Positions 37,130-50,394 of a DNA stretch of 64,000 nt are shown here, in pieces. The position numbers and the translations under genes were made by a program. Source of the stretch: Camelus ferus (taxonomy: Eukaryota). The stretch spans positions 91,638,001-91,702,000 of the forward strand of contig NC_045697.1 in assembly GCF_009834535.1 (NCBI RefSeq). The letters run 5' to 3'. Every line of letters begins with the position of its first letter. Position 1 is the first letter of the stretch. The notes under the pieces were generated by a model. That model ran no database searches and was not told the origin of the DNA. It was given only the letters and a program-made list of their open reading frames with translations.

Positions 37130-37980
37130 AGCAATACAGAAGTATCCTTTTATTCCCCTTGATTGAATGGTTTTCCGTTGAACAGAAGAAATGTAATTTA
37201 TATAACCTGCTTCTTATTGGTAGATATTTGAATTTTTTTCTAACTTTCACCCTTCTCTATTTAACAATGCTATAATTTTCATTTAAAAAAAAAACTTTTT
37301 CGAGTATTTCTATAAGATAAATTCCACTAAGGGAACTGAGGTGAGAAAAGTATACACATTTAAAATTACCATACATATTGCTAGATCACTCTCAAAAAAG
37401 TTATGCTAGTTTATACTCTAATCAGAAGTTTATGAGAGCACATGTTTCTCTGTGTTCTAAACAAATAGTGGTGATGCTATTTTCAAAAATTGCCAATCCA
37501 AGAGGTGAAAAATTGTACCTCTGATTTTTAATTTAAATGTTTCCAACTGTTGGTGAAGTTGAACATCTTTTCCTATGTTTAGTGACATTTATGTTTCTTC
37601 TAAGCATTTCTAGCGTTTTGTTGTTGTTGCCATTTTTCAGTTGTGGTACTTGCATCATTTTTCTTATTGATTTGTAAGACCCTTTTGTATATCAGGGAAA
37701 TCAACCTTTTGCCTGTGATCTGTGTTGCATTTTTACTAGTTTGTTTTTAACTTTGGTTATATCATGTTGTATCATACTTTGTTGTATAAAAGTTTATAAT
37801 TTTCATATTGTTAAATTTATTATTTTTTCCTTTCTGGTATTTTTGTGTCATGTCTACAAAATACTTTCTCACTACAAAATTAGTGTAAAATAGGACTATG
37901 AATTTCTTCTAGTTCTTCTATATTTTTATGACTTTACATTTAAGTATTTATTCCATCTAGAATTTTCTAATTTATATTTA
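37130..37980 (-). mobile_element. Ancient L1ME-like 3' fragment
   Basis: 'tttatactctaatcagaagtttatgagagc', 'gaagttgaacatcttttcctatgttta', 'ttacatttaagtatttattccatctagaattt'. Confidence 0.75.
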
Positions 37981-38059
37981 AAGACTTTCAGAAAGATATC
38001 CTATAGCCTTTCTGATAAACACATTCTAATCATTAGCCCCTAGAGTGCTTAGAAGAATC

Positions 38060-38200
38060 TTTCTTAGAAATATAGAATTTTAAAGCTAAAGAAATAATCT
38101 CTGTTATCTTAAAAATAAACTGTGATCAAGAGGTTAGTAAACATAGCGATTTAGAGGCACAGCAGAAATTTGACCCCACATCTCTGATTTCTTTGATTTC
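38060..38200 (-). mobile_element. Diverged MIR
   Basis: 'aaactgtgatcaagaggttag...ggcacagcagaaatttgaccccacatctctgattt'. Confidence 0.5.
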
Positions 38201-40799
38201 TGTTTGAAGAACCCTTCCCCTGTGTTATGCTGACATTTAAAATACTTAAATAAACCCTTCAGACCAAAGCTCAAATGCCTCCTTGTTTTGCGTCTTCAGT
38301 GGAAACATATTTTATTCTAGCTTGTCCATGAAAATCACGGCTACATTAATTTCTGTTTTCATCCCCACATAAAGAGGGGTATTACACATTTGAGAACTAT
38401 GTATGAATATGATGAAAGAGAGTGTAATGTAGAAAATGTAGACTCTCAGGAGTCCTTGATCGTGACTACTGTTATTGACATCTGACTGTGACAGTTCAGT
38501 TTTGAGAAATATCAGTGATCCTTTAGGAAGGAGCAGACAACTTTCTCAAACTAATGTTTTGAATCATTGGTCATTAGAGAAAGAAAAAAATGGAGAGTAA
38601 AGTATAGTGTTTGCATTTACTAAGTAGTACATCCAGTTATGCAAAAAGAGAAGACTTCAGAATTCAGTGTTAAGTGGGTTATATTGTTAGAATCAATATT
38701 CAGTGTCTGCTACTTTTGTACATAAACAGACACACATATGTCATAAATTTCTATGTGTCTATAAATCTGTTTTCTCACCTGCTTTGCCTTATCCCTTCAC
38801 TCCCTGTGGAACTCCTGGTCCTACCCTGCCCTTCGAGGGCTCCAGCCATCTGCTTTCCTTTGCTCTGTGATAGTTAATGCCTTCTGTTTTGGTCCTGCCT
38901 ACTTGATTTCTGACCTGTGTTTGCCTGATCTCTGGGAGCCGCGAGGCTCTGCTTTCCCTATGTCTGACTGATTCTTAACTCACTGCTCTCGCCTGCTTTT
39001 CAACACGCAGTCCTTCTGGACTCCTGCCTGCCTGCCTGCCTGGCTTACGGCTGACTCACCGTTTAGCTCATCACTTCTCAACTGGGGTGAATTCCTGGCT
39101 TTCCCGGCTTCAGTTTCCTCACATTAATTCTGCACTTCTATTATAGATCACCATTTTAGCTTTCATGCCTAGGATTCAAGACCGCTTTTTAAATTTTGCT
39201 TTTACCTACTGTGGGGGAGAATATAAAACATCACCAATCTCACTAAAGGACAGGGACACTTTGGGATTGGGTCAAGTCACACACAAGTTAGATAATTCAT
39301 AGGAACACTTTCAGTTGTTTCTTTAGTTAGCCATAGACTTGACATACATCAATGTGATTCTTTGTGGTTTTCTTCATTTAAGCTTTTCCCTAACTCTTGG
39401 GAACATTGTCCTTTTAAAATAGGTTTCATCCTAATTTCTCCTGAAATCTCAGGATGTCTGATTTCTTGAGATAGTATTCCAAATTCCTGGAGAAGCTATC
39501 TTGGTACCAAGTCAATAGGGTTCTTTTTGAATCCATCTGATCCATGCCTCTGGCAGTGCTATGTGCCTTCTACTTAGGAAAATAAAACCTCTGAAGAGTC
39601 AGTGTCCCTTCTGCATCTTTCAGCAACCTGAGATGCAACGTCAAATTCTACTTACACATCCTGTCTGTGCTCAGTTTTTATTCCATCACTTTTTGAACTC
39701 ACAGGCCCTTAAAGACTCTAGGTTCCTTGTAACTTTGGTCACAACATTATAAAACTCCTAGATAAGGTGGAATTTCAAGATCTGCAGGCACTCCAGCTAA
39801 TTAAAAAAACATCTTTTGCTTCTCATATGCCACATACTCTTTGTTAGGATATTACTGACCTTATTTTCTTCATCTCTAATTTAACAATAGCAGCAATAAT
39901 TAAACTGTAAAACAGGTACTGAGCAGTCAATAAATACTAGCTTTTATTGTTATATCTGCTGTCTCCATGATGGTTTATTTTTTAAGGAGATGAGCTAAAT
40001 CTAAAAAAAAGTGTTTGTTTTTGCATACCATATGTCTTTTCCTCGAGTTAAGTAGTCCATTCAGAAGAATTATATAAATAGCATAAAAAACTGCAGAGGA
40101 AGGAAAACTTAAAAATTGAAACATAGTATTACTATGAATAAGGTATTATAAACGGATGGTGATTGTATAATTCCCCTTATTGCTAATTCTACATGTGTAA
40201 AATACCATTGGTATCCTATTTGTTTGCATGTTGGGCTTTTAGTTGTTATGAACGTAAGAGTTTTTATGGATTTTCTCATAACTGCAGTCCCCTCACCATG
40301 ATTTCCTTCAAGGTTTTAGTTTTTCAGTCCATGAAAAGGTAGACTATCTCTGACAGCACCAGGAGGCCTATGCCCTCTGTCTTTTAGACTTGTTTCAGGA
40401 TACTAGAACACTCCGGAAGTGAATTTTCCAGCCCCTGAGATTTTCAGGGTCACTCAGTGTAATTCAGAGCTGAATCTGTGCCTGAGGTGAAAGGGGAGGC
40501 AGAGTCTAGTCTGAGGGGTGGGGAGGGGGCTGGAGGAACAGGGCCTGGTGAGGGGATCAAGGCTGTAGCTGCTGAATTCTGCTCACTCCGTTATTGACCC
40601 TGGAGGAAAACTAGGTAAAAGCCAAGGCAGAAGTCAAGTCAGGGAGATCTACTTAAATGCCACATATAATGAGACTGAAATAGAGAAACTGCAGTCCAGG
40701 GGGCAAGATTTATTCTAGGCTGGCTTCTCACCAGGAAGGGGGCAGTAGTTTATATCCAGACACTCACTTAGACAGGAGCTCACTGGTTATAAGTCTCTG

Positions 40800-41035
40800 C
40801 AGAATGGAGCAGAGTTATTCAGAGCTGGAATTTGGTCTTGTTCTATTTAGTGTCTCGAACAAGTATTTTCTCCGTGCTTCAATTTCCTAACCTATATAAT
40901 GAGATTAACCATACCTGTCTCATATGAAATTAAGTTGGAAGCATTGCAGTTAAATTTGGTGATGTATGAAAAATACTTAGGACAGTGACTGGCACATAGT
41001 AAGTACTCAATAAATGGTAGATATTCTTATTGTTG
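40800..41035 (+). mobile_element. MIR
   Basis: 'tcaatttcctaacctatataatgagattaacc...cttaggacagtgactggcacatagtaagtactcaataaatggtag'. Confidence 0.85.
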
Positions 41036-43724
41036 TTGTCATCATGGTTGTTGTTATTTTTATTGTCCTTTAAGACTGAAGCTGAGGGCCAGGCAAAGAC
41101 AAGCAAGAAGCCTTACACAGTGACTTTTAGTGATGAGGTTTTGCCACTTGTGCTCTGTAGAATACCTCATTCTAGTGGTATTTTAGCCTTTACAAGTAGA
41201 ACTTCTGTAAGGCATTGACCTTATCAATATCTTCTCAGAAGACTTTCTAAGTTTTTATATTCGATCTCCTTCCTAAAAGCTCAGTGATGTTGGCAATGAT
41301 ATATAAGATGGGGAAGTTATATAAAGAGCTTCTGGTCTTTGAAGTTAACAAAAAAAATTTTTTTTAAACTCAAGTTACTTTTAAGTTACATTCTGGTTCA
41401 TTTGACCCTGGACCCAGATTGGAAGAGTTCTATCTGGCAGCTGTAAGGGCTAAGCATTGTAGAGTAAGTGGGGAGAAGTACTCTAAACCTTTAGATTCCT
41501 TTAGTAGCTTTTGCACATGTATCATTTCCTTCTCTTTTATCTAGAGTTAATTGAGACAATGGGGCATGGTGTAAAGGTCTGTAAGAAATTGAGCCTGCCT
41601 TCAAAGGTCTTACACTCTTGTAGAAAGAGAAGGTGTGTACAAATGTACCAGAAAAAAACTACCTCTGCTCTCCACCCACAAGTATGGCTGGAGATAAAGT
41701 GGTGGGCATAACTGAAAGACTTTTGCAAGGAACAGATAAGTCTAATGGAGCATTTGTTAGGCTATGGATAAAGGATACCGGGATAAGCATTATATTTACT
41801 CTTATTGTTATTTACGACTGAAGCAGGGGAGGCAGGCAGAGACAAGCAAGAAACTAGTATACTATGACTTTCAGAGTGAGGAAATAATTCTTTCTGTCTC
41901 CCCCGTGAAAAACACCTGGAGGAAGAAAGCAAGGAAGGGTGACTGTGAGGGTAGTCATGTCAAAGCAGATTCCCTGCTGAGTCTGTCTCCTACTTTCAAA
42001 GGCTGGACAGGATTAGTCACGCAGAATCAGGAGCACAGGGTCTTGGAGACAGTGCTAAGCTGCCTGGCAGAGAGTCCACGGGGGCCATACTTAGCAGGCT
42101 TTAGGCCAAATCTGGAAAGGCCTGCTGTGTGGTATGAAAAGTATGAGGTGAGTCATTTTCCTTTTCTTTCTGTGAATCTGTACATAAATTGACAATACTC
42201 ACTGCCAGTGCTTTTGGAGTTGGATATTTTGGGGGGGAATTGTAAGGATAGGTCAGTGAACAGTACTGATTCTGGCCTCAGGTCAACAAAGAATATAAAT
42301 AGGGGCTGTCCAAAGGATCCCAGGACACATTTGGATTATAACTCAGTAACCATAATAAAGCAAAAGACTGAGAAGCACCTTAAAAGAAGTACAGATGACA
42401 CATCGTAAGCGGTCTGGGTAGTGAAAAGTCACTTCTAGCCTAGGAGTAGAGAGAGGAGAGAAAAAGGAGGAGGAAAGCTCTGCAGAAGAGTTCCTGGGAT
42501 TGGCCTTTGGGAGATGGTATAGTGGACACTGTGGCTAATTCCCTAGTATCTACTCTGTCTCAGATGATTAGTGTAAACTGATTGTAGTGATTCTGTGCCC
42601 TTTGTCAGGATTGTCAGTTCAGAGATGAATAGGCCCATGCTAATTTGGACCAATAAGATGGATAACGTGTGTTGGGACTCTTGGGAAAAAGTGACTCTCT
42701 CTTTGCTATTGAATGGGAACAAGGAAACAGTCCCAATTGTTACTGGCAGTACTCCAGCTACCACAGGAAAATCCAGTCTTTCCCGAGAGCCATAACTGAA
42801 GAGAGCAGGCTGGAGGGGTGAACAAAGGCTGCTTCCCTGCTGACAATGATACAGAACAGTAGGATTTGAATCTATGGAGTTATAGAAATTTTGTAGATCT
42901 ATGAGCAGAGGTGAGAAAGTTTAAAATGTGTGTGTGGAGCAGCCAGGAGTTCTCCACTAATAATCCTCTCCCCTACTCACCAGCCCTGTCTGTCCAGCAT
43001 CCCAAAATAGTGTATAATAACCCATTTTTGTTGTTTCAAAAAAAAAGTTTGGTTGTTAAAACTTCAAGAGTATGTTTATTATTGCTTTTGAGCTTTATAA
43101 ATTTGAACATGGTAGGAAAAAAATCTATTGTTTGATACTTGTTCACTTTCCTTAATGTTACTTAATTTTGATGTGTCTTAAGAAATTTCTGTGTCAGTAG
43201 CTGTGTTTGAATTTCCATCACAATCTCCTAGTCTGCTGCTTCCTGCCACAATGAGATGTTGTGGGAAGAGCTTTGGAGAGTTAGTTACCTGTGACTTTGA
43301 ACCCCAACTTTTGATAGTGTGATAGCTAAATTTTAAAGTGCATCTTCTTCTCCTAGAACAATCTTTTCATTGAAATAAATGAAATTCTGTTCAGGTTCTA
43401 ATGCCATTATAGCCCCTGAAATCAAGACGACCTATTATTTCAGGTCTCTACTGAAACAGTGGTTCCTCTTCCAGGATTTTCAGGAAGAGATGGCTTTGAG
43501 AAGAGTCTATTATATTACAGGATGAGCAGATTGTTAATTTGGTACCCTGGCCAAATTCCATATGGAATATTTGTAGTCTACCTTATTAAAATGTATACAA
43601 TTAAAAAAATTAACCATTTCCAGGTGGCTATGTAATTAAAAAAAATTACTTACTCCTTGTTTTACTGAATGGTTCTCAGCTGGGTGGGATTAAGCTCAAT
43701 GAACAGAGGCATTCTGGGGGGGAG

Positions 43725-43815
43725 GGGTGTTTGTTTACTGTGGTATAACTAATACCCAGAAGAGTGTTTGAAGCATAGTCAGCTGTCAGTCAATATTTGC
43801 TGAATGAATGAATGA
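43725..43815 (+). mobile_element. L2 3' end
   Basis: 'tgtttgtttactgtggtat...gcatagtcagctgtcagtcaatatttgctgaatgaatgaatga'. Confidence 0.75.
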
Positions 43816-45689
43816 GTCACTCCACACTATTATATACCACAAGAGAGCTAGATGTTTTTCATGTTGGGAAGAATGATTTCTTCATCACTATATTTTATTA
43901 ATCTTGCTAATTGAATTTAATTGTTGTTGTTGGAAATTTATTCTCTATATAAACAATTACATAAAGTATTTAAAATTAAACTATGTAAGCTTTTATTTAC
44001 TACATTTAAAATTAAATCTAGATTATGAAAACAACACTACAGTCTGTACATAGAGAATATCTCCTTTGTTGAGAAGATGCAGATGAATGGCTTGATGGGA
44101 TTGCTTTTTGATGTTTTAGTGTAGAGCAAAATAGAAAGTAGAAAAATTTTAAATTCTGCTTCCCTTGCTTAATCTAGGCATACTTAATCCCATTGGCTGC
44201 TGTCATTACCCCTGATATTCAGGTTTAAAAGCATCAAAGATGAGGAAAAATGTCAATTTAGCAAAATGAGGACTCTCCTCCACCTGTCCCAACAACTGAA
44301 AAAAAATGCCAAGGAATAAAAAGATAAAAGATAACTAATTCTCCAATGGCAAGTTAACTGGAACAAAAATATTTGAAATAATAAATGTCTCTAGATACCT
44401 AGATTTACACTTCGTGTAATAAACGCTTGCTATAAATAAATGGCTGCTCTAAGAGCAGGTGTAAGTGACTGTGACTGCACTGTATGTATAGTGAAGGCAT
44501 ATGTCTTGATGGGAAACAAGGGACAAGGAACATAATGAGATTCAACTGAGAGGGATTTGGGACTTAACTCCTCTTCACATTGGAGTGAAACCAGATTCAT
44601 AGCAGTAGAAGGACTCCATAAACATAATTCACTGAAATGAGAGGGTGATAAAAGGCCTTTTTTTCTTGCCTTTTGCAGGGATAAATTACACTCAAAGCTA
44701 CAGAAATGTTTCTTTCCAGCTTCAGATTAAGTGTGCTTGTATAATAAACATTACCGTAACATTCAGCTTCCTTAACCTAGACAGCTCAATTAACGCTGTG
44801 CGATAAAATACAACTTCCGTGCACTTTGTGAGCACTTAATGTGACGGAGGGCCTGTTAGCAAGAAATCTCGCAGAAAATAGGTCTTGTCAAGTGTTTAAG
44901 GAAATTGAATTAGCATTTTGTTTAACAAATATATATGTGTAATATATGCATTCTTTTAGATTCTTTGTAATTTGATTATATTGATGTATTTTAGTCTCCT
45001 TTCTGTGTGAAAATCTCTTATTTATTATCTCCTATTTGCTGGAAAACTATAGGGAAACCTGGGAAATTATTACATGTAGGCACAGGTGTTTAAAGAAGTC
45101 GGGAACTCTGAAGACTTGCAGAGAGTACTGAGAAAACTTTAATCCAAACCTCGAAATTGTCATGAATGGAAGGTAAAGCCAGTGACCCTCTTGACTTAGA
45201 ATTGTATTGTTGATTAAGTTGTATAATTCTTTTCTGAAGGAGATAAGACATCAGATCTCTTGTAGGACTGGTTGAGAAAAAGACCCCAGAGGGATGGGTG
45301 TTCCACATGTGAACAAGAGACTGGACAATTAGCCTGATCTGTTCACCTGTGATTAGCCATAGAAGCTCTTTCCAAACTGTAGTTCTAGTCTTTGTGTGGC
45401 ACCATTATAGTGTCGTAAGTATTGTCGTAATTATCTACCAAATAAAGCTTCGATTTCTTAGACTGGTTTCCAGGAACCTCTGAGACTAGCCCTATGGTAG
45501 TTTACCCCAACTTTGTGTTTAGATTTCCATTTGCTTATGTGTGTAGACCCCCTGTTCCAGGCCAGTGGCTTCCATGTGATTCATCTACTTAATTGGAACT
45601 TATTTTCTACCACAGTACTGTATGCCTCTGACTGTTGGTGGCAAACCAGTCTTTACTGCTCCTTGTTTCTCTGCCTTTCTCCTCTCATT

Positions 45690-45960
45690 CCCACCATGCC
45701 CTCTACTAGGTGTGGCTCTACTTCCCCAGTTGTTGAAAGTCTTTTCACTGCACACTCTCAGGTGGACCCTCTGTGTGAATCCTTCCCTGGTCCCTCAGCC
45801 AGGAAGTGTCTCAGCTCCAGTTCCCTTATTGCTTCATTTTTACCTCTCTTACGATACATCAATTTCTACAAGGATTATCATTATTTTTGTACCTTTCTCC
45901 TCTCCCTTGAGGGCAGAGCTGGTGACTGATTCTCTGTCATGCTTGGGACTAGTGTTGTAT
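45690..45960 (+). mobile_element. Diverged L2 fragment
   Basis: 'cctctgtgtgaatccttccctgg...ctcccttgagggcagagctggtg'. Confidence 0.5.
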
Positions 45961-46499
45961 ATTCAACTCTTATTTTTCCACTCATATTAAACATATTTAT
46001 AAACAGGTCCTACTTTCTGAGAACACTGACAATAGTTTTTTGAATATACATAAATACCATGTATACATATAATTCAAGTACCTATAGTAATGTTGTAAAG
46101 GAGGACCTGAAGGATGATGAATAAATACCCAAACACAGTTTACTTGTAGGGGATAAGGATCATACTGTCTTCCTGAAAAATATGTTACTTTTAGCTTAAA
46201 AGAGAAATCTTACAGACTAAACAGAGGGAGAAAGTTTGGGGAACATCAAAAGGTAAAAAGATTAATTTTTAATGTTACATGATGTCTCTCGAAGGAGATA
46301 ATTCAGATGTCAGTTGCACTTCTTTACTAGGCTGGTTTATCGTCATGGTGAGGAGGAGATGGGGGAAAGCTCCTGAGCTTTTCAAAGGGCTTGTTTACCA
46401 GTGTTCCGATCACACAAGATAAGTGGGCCTTTAGGGAATTCTTTGTTTGCACTTCTAATTGTTTCCTTAAATGTGTCCATAAAAATTCATTCAGAAAAC

Positions 46500-47600
46500 T
46501 GCAGCAGATTTAAGGAGATAAAATAAGGCCTCAGATGGCTGTTAGTAATACAAATAACTTCAAGTGTTTCTGCAAATTGCATGTCAGCCACAATTAACAA
46601 TATGATGTTTATTTTCGTGTGGATGGGTAGCCTTGATAACTCTCCCAGTTATCAGGGGTTCCTTTGATAATGTCTTTGCAATTGAAGCATTTTGCCTTGC
46701 ATAAAACAGATGGGTGTGTAGCAAGTGTTGACGACCATTTGCGCAGATACAGCATGCAGACACCGGCTCCACTTTGTCATGAGCAATGGCTGTCCCCTTG
46801 GTAAAGGTATCCACTGCAGACATTAGAGTTTGGATCACGGTCACCAGACACTAACAATTCTGCCAGGTTGCAGCATTTTGGCATGGACTAATTCACATGC
46901 AGTGCAATTGTGGGGGAGATTTTGAACAAATATTGATTGGTGAGAAGCAGATGAGTGTCATGATTACCATTTTTAGTATTCCCTTTTCTCACTTGGTGTA
47001 AAAATTGTCTACCCTCTTGAGAAGAAGTAAATAAGATATGGAAATGTTGCTCTACCATGTGGGAAGCTAGACAAATATTTTCTTTTCTACCACAGAATGT
47101 TTTCTGATGCTTGTCAAAATTTCTTGTGTGTGCTATGATTCTACACTCTACAGCAGTGCTTGTTTTGTGATAGCACTGAGCTTGCACTTGGTATTAATAA
47201 AAGCCATATTTGCAGATTTATTGAAATGGATTTAAAAGCCAGTCAATTAGTCTGGTAATTAATCTGCCAGCCCTCTCCTCTTGCCCTGCCGTTGCAATGC
47301 TCACCATAAACTATGACTGAACCAGTAACAGCCCTTTTCTGATGAGGCACGACTTAATGATAATGATTTTATCTCTTCTAGGGATGTTTTTGTGCCTACA
47401 CTCAATCATCTTGATGGTTTTGTTTTTACCATAAACATCAAATGGCACTATATTGGGAACATTATGTAACAATTAACCACATTTTAATTTGTCTGACAAT
47501 TATAGAGACATAGTGCTGTCATGAAAATGGACTGCTTCACTGCCATATTAAAGATGCTGATTGTAATATCTTTTCCATGTGAAACTTATAAACAGAGATG
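46500..47600. promoter_or_regulatory. Candidate conserved non-coding element cluster
   Basis: About 1.1 kb without a recognisable repeat, with retained CpGs and GATA, homeodomain, SOX and E-box motifs. Motif-only evidence. Confidence 0.35.
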
Positions 47601-47606
47601 CAGCTC

Positions 47607-47675
47607 CCATCAGTTAAGAGGGTGTTTGGCTGCAAATAATAGAAAACCCTACTACCTACAGTGTTTGAACAGGCT
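47607..47675 (-). mobile_element. Old MLT1 (J/K/L-type) LTR terminal fragment
   Basis: 'atcagttaagagggtgtttggctgcaaataatagaaaaccc' resembles the antisense 3' end of old MLT1. Confidence 0.55.
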
Positions 47676-49148
47676 GTGTCATTCTTAGTATGTAGAATGA
47701 CAGAAATTTCTGTTGCAAGCTAATTGCTGCACCTTCAGAATCTTGTCTGGGCCCCTGAAGGAAGGAAAAAGCATACAGGGACACTGTCTGCATCAAGAAA
47801 TCATAACTTCTGAGAATTCTCAATTTATACCTTATTAACCATTTAGATACTCCTCCCTTTAGTGGAATTTGGGTAATACTGCACTGAGTCAGATCTTGAT
47901 TCTGCATCAAATGAAGACAAGATAATGAGATTGAGTCGATTAATAGTATCTGTCTTACTACTCAAATATGATTTTAAAATAAAAGAATTTAATAATTGTT
48001 AACAGTTGCTGTTTTGTGTTGTGGAATCTCAATCTGTTAGGCTGAATATTCCTGGAGAGTGGGCTGGGTTGGGAAAAGTTGGAGAGAACTAGGAAATTGG
48101 AACAGGTTGATCCTTTTAGTTCCCAGGTCATTTGGTGTAGAAACCAAGGAAACAGAGAAAAGTTCTCTTCTGACTGAAATAAGGTTCATTTTCATTCTTC
48201 TTTACTTTTTATGCACTCTAGCCTTATCCTTGATATGGGGAAGCTTATAAAATTGTCACTCCATTGCTCATGACCTGCCCTATGAAGACAGATATTTTGA
48301 GAAGCTAGAGAGTGATCAGATGCAAAAAAAAAAAAAAAAAAAAAAGCCTAGACTAACACCTGCAAGAGAGAAGAAAAGAAAGGAGAATACAAGGAGGAAG
48401 AAATGTGAAATGCTGGCAAATATCCAGCAGGAAATTATTGTTTATAAACCTTTGCCTGGTTTTATTTTCAATATTTATGATTTTGCTATGATTACAGAGT
48501 CCTTGACATTTTATTGTCTCCTCTGGTTTCTGAGGGAAAGGCAGGTAAGTGATCCATTGCTTTAGGCAAAAGTCACTCATTGGTGTCAGACCAGATTTTC
48601 ATAGTTAATTTTATATTCTGACAATTACATAAATTAATCCAGTAAATCCAACAAAGCCTACCAAGATTTGTCTGGATTTGTCATGAACATTGAAATGTCA
48701 TCATCATACATGGTAATTTATACTGCCTACGATTAGTAGTAATCCTTCCCATCTCCTGTGAGAATCTAATAACCAGAGCTAATGGCTTTAATGCTAAAAT
48801 AAACAGCAGAGGATCTGAACAACATCTCTTCTTTGTAGCTTTTGGAAGTGGTCTGGTGTGTGTAGAATATTTTCATTGTGCACCTTTTTTTCCCCTGTGG
48901 AAGAATATCAACTGCTTATTCCTATTCTAAATCAAAGTGTTTCAGTGCATCACAGAACACGTTTCATTTGATGAGTTATATACATCTTGCCTTCCATAAA
49001 ATGGTAATTAGAGTTCCTATGGTAAATGTTTAGAATGCTCCTATCTTCTTAAATAAATGTATAATGGTGATCTCGACACAAAATGTTTTAAGCCACTATT
49101 AACTGCACTGCTAGTTTTGTCACTATAACATGGAGATAACAGTAGGGA

Positions 49149-49444
49149 CAGGGCTACCACCAGCTCTATGTGTGAAATAAAAAAAAAAATGTTCCATGTG
49201 ACAATGAATATATATATATGTTCATGTATAACTGAAAAATTGTGCTCTACATTGGAATTTGACACAACATTGTAAAATGATTATAAACCAATAAAAAACG
49301 TTAAAAAAATGTTCCTAGGTAGATAGCGCTTGTGGCATACAGGTTGTCAAACCAAACCTGGGCTGCCTTTTAGTCTCTGATTTGCCCCTTCAACGTGGTG
49401 CTCTTGTGCAGAGCACAACCTGTACAGGCCATGAATCTACCCTG
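49149..49444. mobile_element. hAT-Tip100 (MER91-like) DNA element interrupted by an L1 tail
   Basis: Termini caggg...ccctg; 'gtgcagagcacaacctgtac' resembles the MER91 subterminal sequence. Confidence 0.5.
49196..49302 (+). mobile_element. Very short young L1 3' terminal insertion
   Basis: 'tatatgttcatgtataactgaaaaattgtgctctac...gacacaacattgtaaaatgattata...aataaaaaa'. Perfect 13-bp TSD aaaaaaatgttcc at 49183-49195 and 49303-49315. Confidence 0.88.
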
Positions 49445-49689
49445 GTAGTAAGATTTTCTACGTACTTAATAAATGCCATACCTGTAGAGAGTTCTAGTAG
49501 GTGCCGATACCTCTGGATAACCACCCTAAAGGAAAAATGTTGTATGGTAAAAATCAATTAATGATTTTTATATTTATGTAACATGTATAACCATGTAGAT
49601 ATTTTGATGTTGCAAAGACTAAAGGACATTTTCTTTTTTTTGGAATATATATATATATATTCCAAATTTTATGTATATATACACACACA

Positions 49690-50390
49690 CATATTCACTG
49701 CAACATTACTCACAATAGCCAATATAAGGAAAAACCTAAATGATCATTGACAGATGAATGGATAAAGAAAATGTATATACATACAATGGAATATTATTCA
49801 GCCTTTATAAAGAAGGAAATCCTGCCATTTGCAACAACACAGATGAAACTGGAGGACATTAAGCTAAGTGAAATAAGCCAGACACAGAAAGAAAGTTACT
49901 ACATGATTTCACTTATATGTGAAATCTAAAGTAGTGAAACACGGAGGGAGGGTATAGCACAGTGGCAGAGTGCATGAGGTCATGAGTCCAATCCTTAGTA
50001 CCTCCATTAAAAACAAATGAATAAATACATGAATAAATAAGCCTAATTACCCTCCAAAATTAAATAAATAAATGCAAACTGCCACTTTAAAAAATAAAGA
50101 TAAATAAATAAAAGTGAAAAATAGAAACAAGCAAAAAAAAAAAAAGTAGTCAAACACACACAAGCAGATGATAGAATGCTGCTTGCCAGGGGCTGAAGAG
50201 AGGGAGAAATGGGGGAGTACCATTCAAAGGCACAAAGCTTTGTTCTTACAAGAGTAAGTCCTGGAGTTCAACTGTAAGCATAGTGCCTATAGTTAACAAT
50301 ACTGTATTGCTTAAAAGTTTGCTAAGTTTTGCAAAAATTTGCTAAAATGTTGTGTTATCACAAACTAACAACAATAATAATATTAATATA
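49690..50390 (+). mobile_element. L1 (L1MA-like) ORF2 end and 3'UTR, interrupted by a SINE
   Basis: ORF 49747-49929 TDEWIKKM...MEYYSA..KKEILPFATT.MKLEDI.LSEISQ is the ORF2p C-terminus; 3'UTR 'ctatagttaacaatactgtattg'. Confidence 0.92.
49943..50142 (+). mobile_element. tRNA-Ala-derived SINE (vic-1-like)
   Basis: 'ggagggagggtatagcacagtggcagagtgcatgaggtc...aatccttagtacctcca'. 15-bp TSD aaagtagt(g/c)aaacac at 49928-49942 and 50143-50157. Confidence 0.9.
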
Positions 50391-50394
50391 AAAT

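Noticed and set aside
38740..39120. Pyrimidine-rich block with (CCTG)n, possible ancient LTR
   Set aside because: Resemblance too weak to assign a family or boundaries by eye.
40413..40421. Perfect ETS site CCGGAAGTG as a promoter
   Set aside because: Isolated motif without a CpG island or core promoter elements; neighbouring DNA may be an old LTR that I cannot assign.
41764..42192. 142-aa plus-strand ORF
   Set aside because: No recognisable homology or promoter context; ORFs of this length are expected by chance in 64 kb.
45513..45990. Overlapping 138-aa and 122-aa ORFs
   Set aside because: They overlap pyrimidine-rich L2-derived sequence; Leu/Ser/Phe-rich artefacts.
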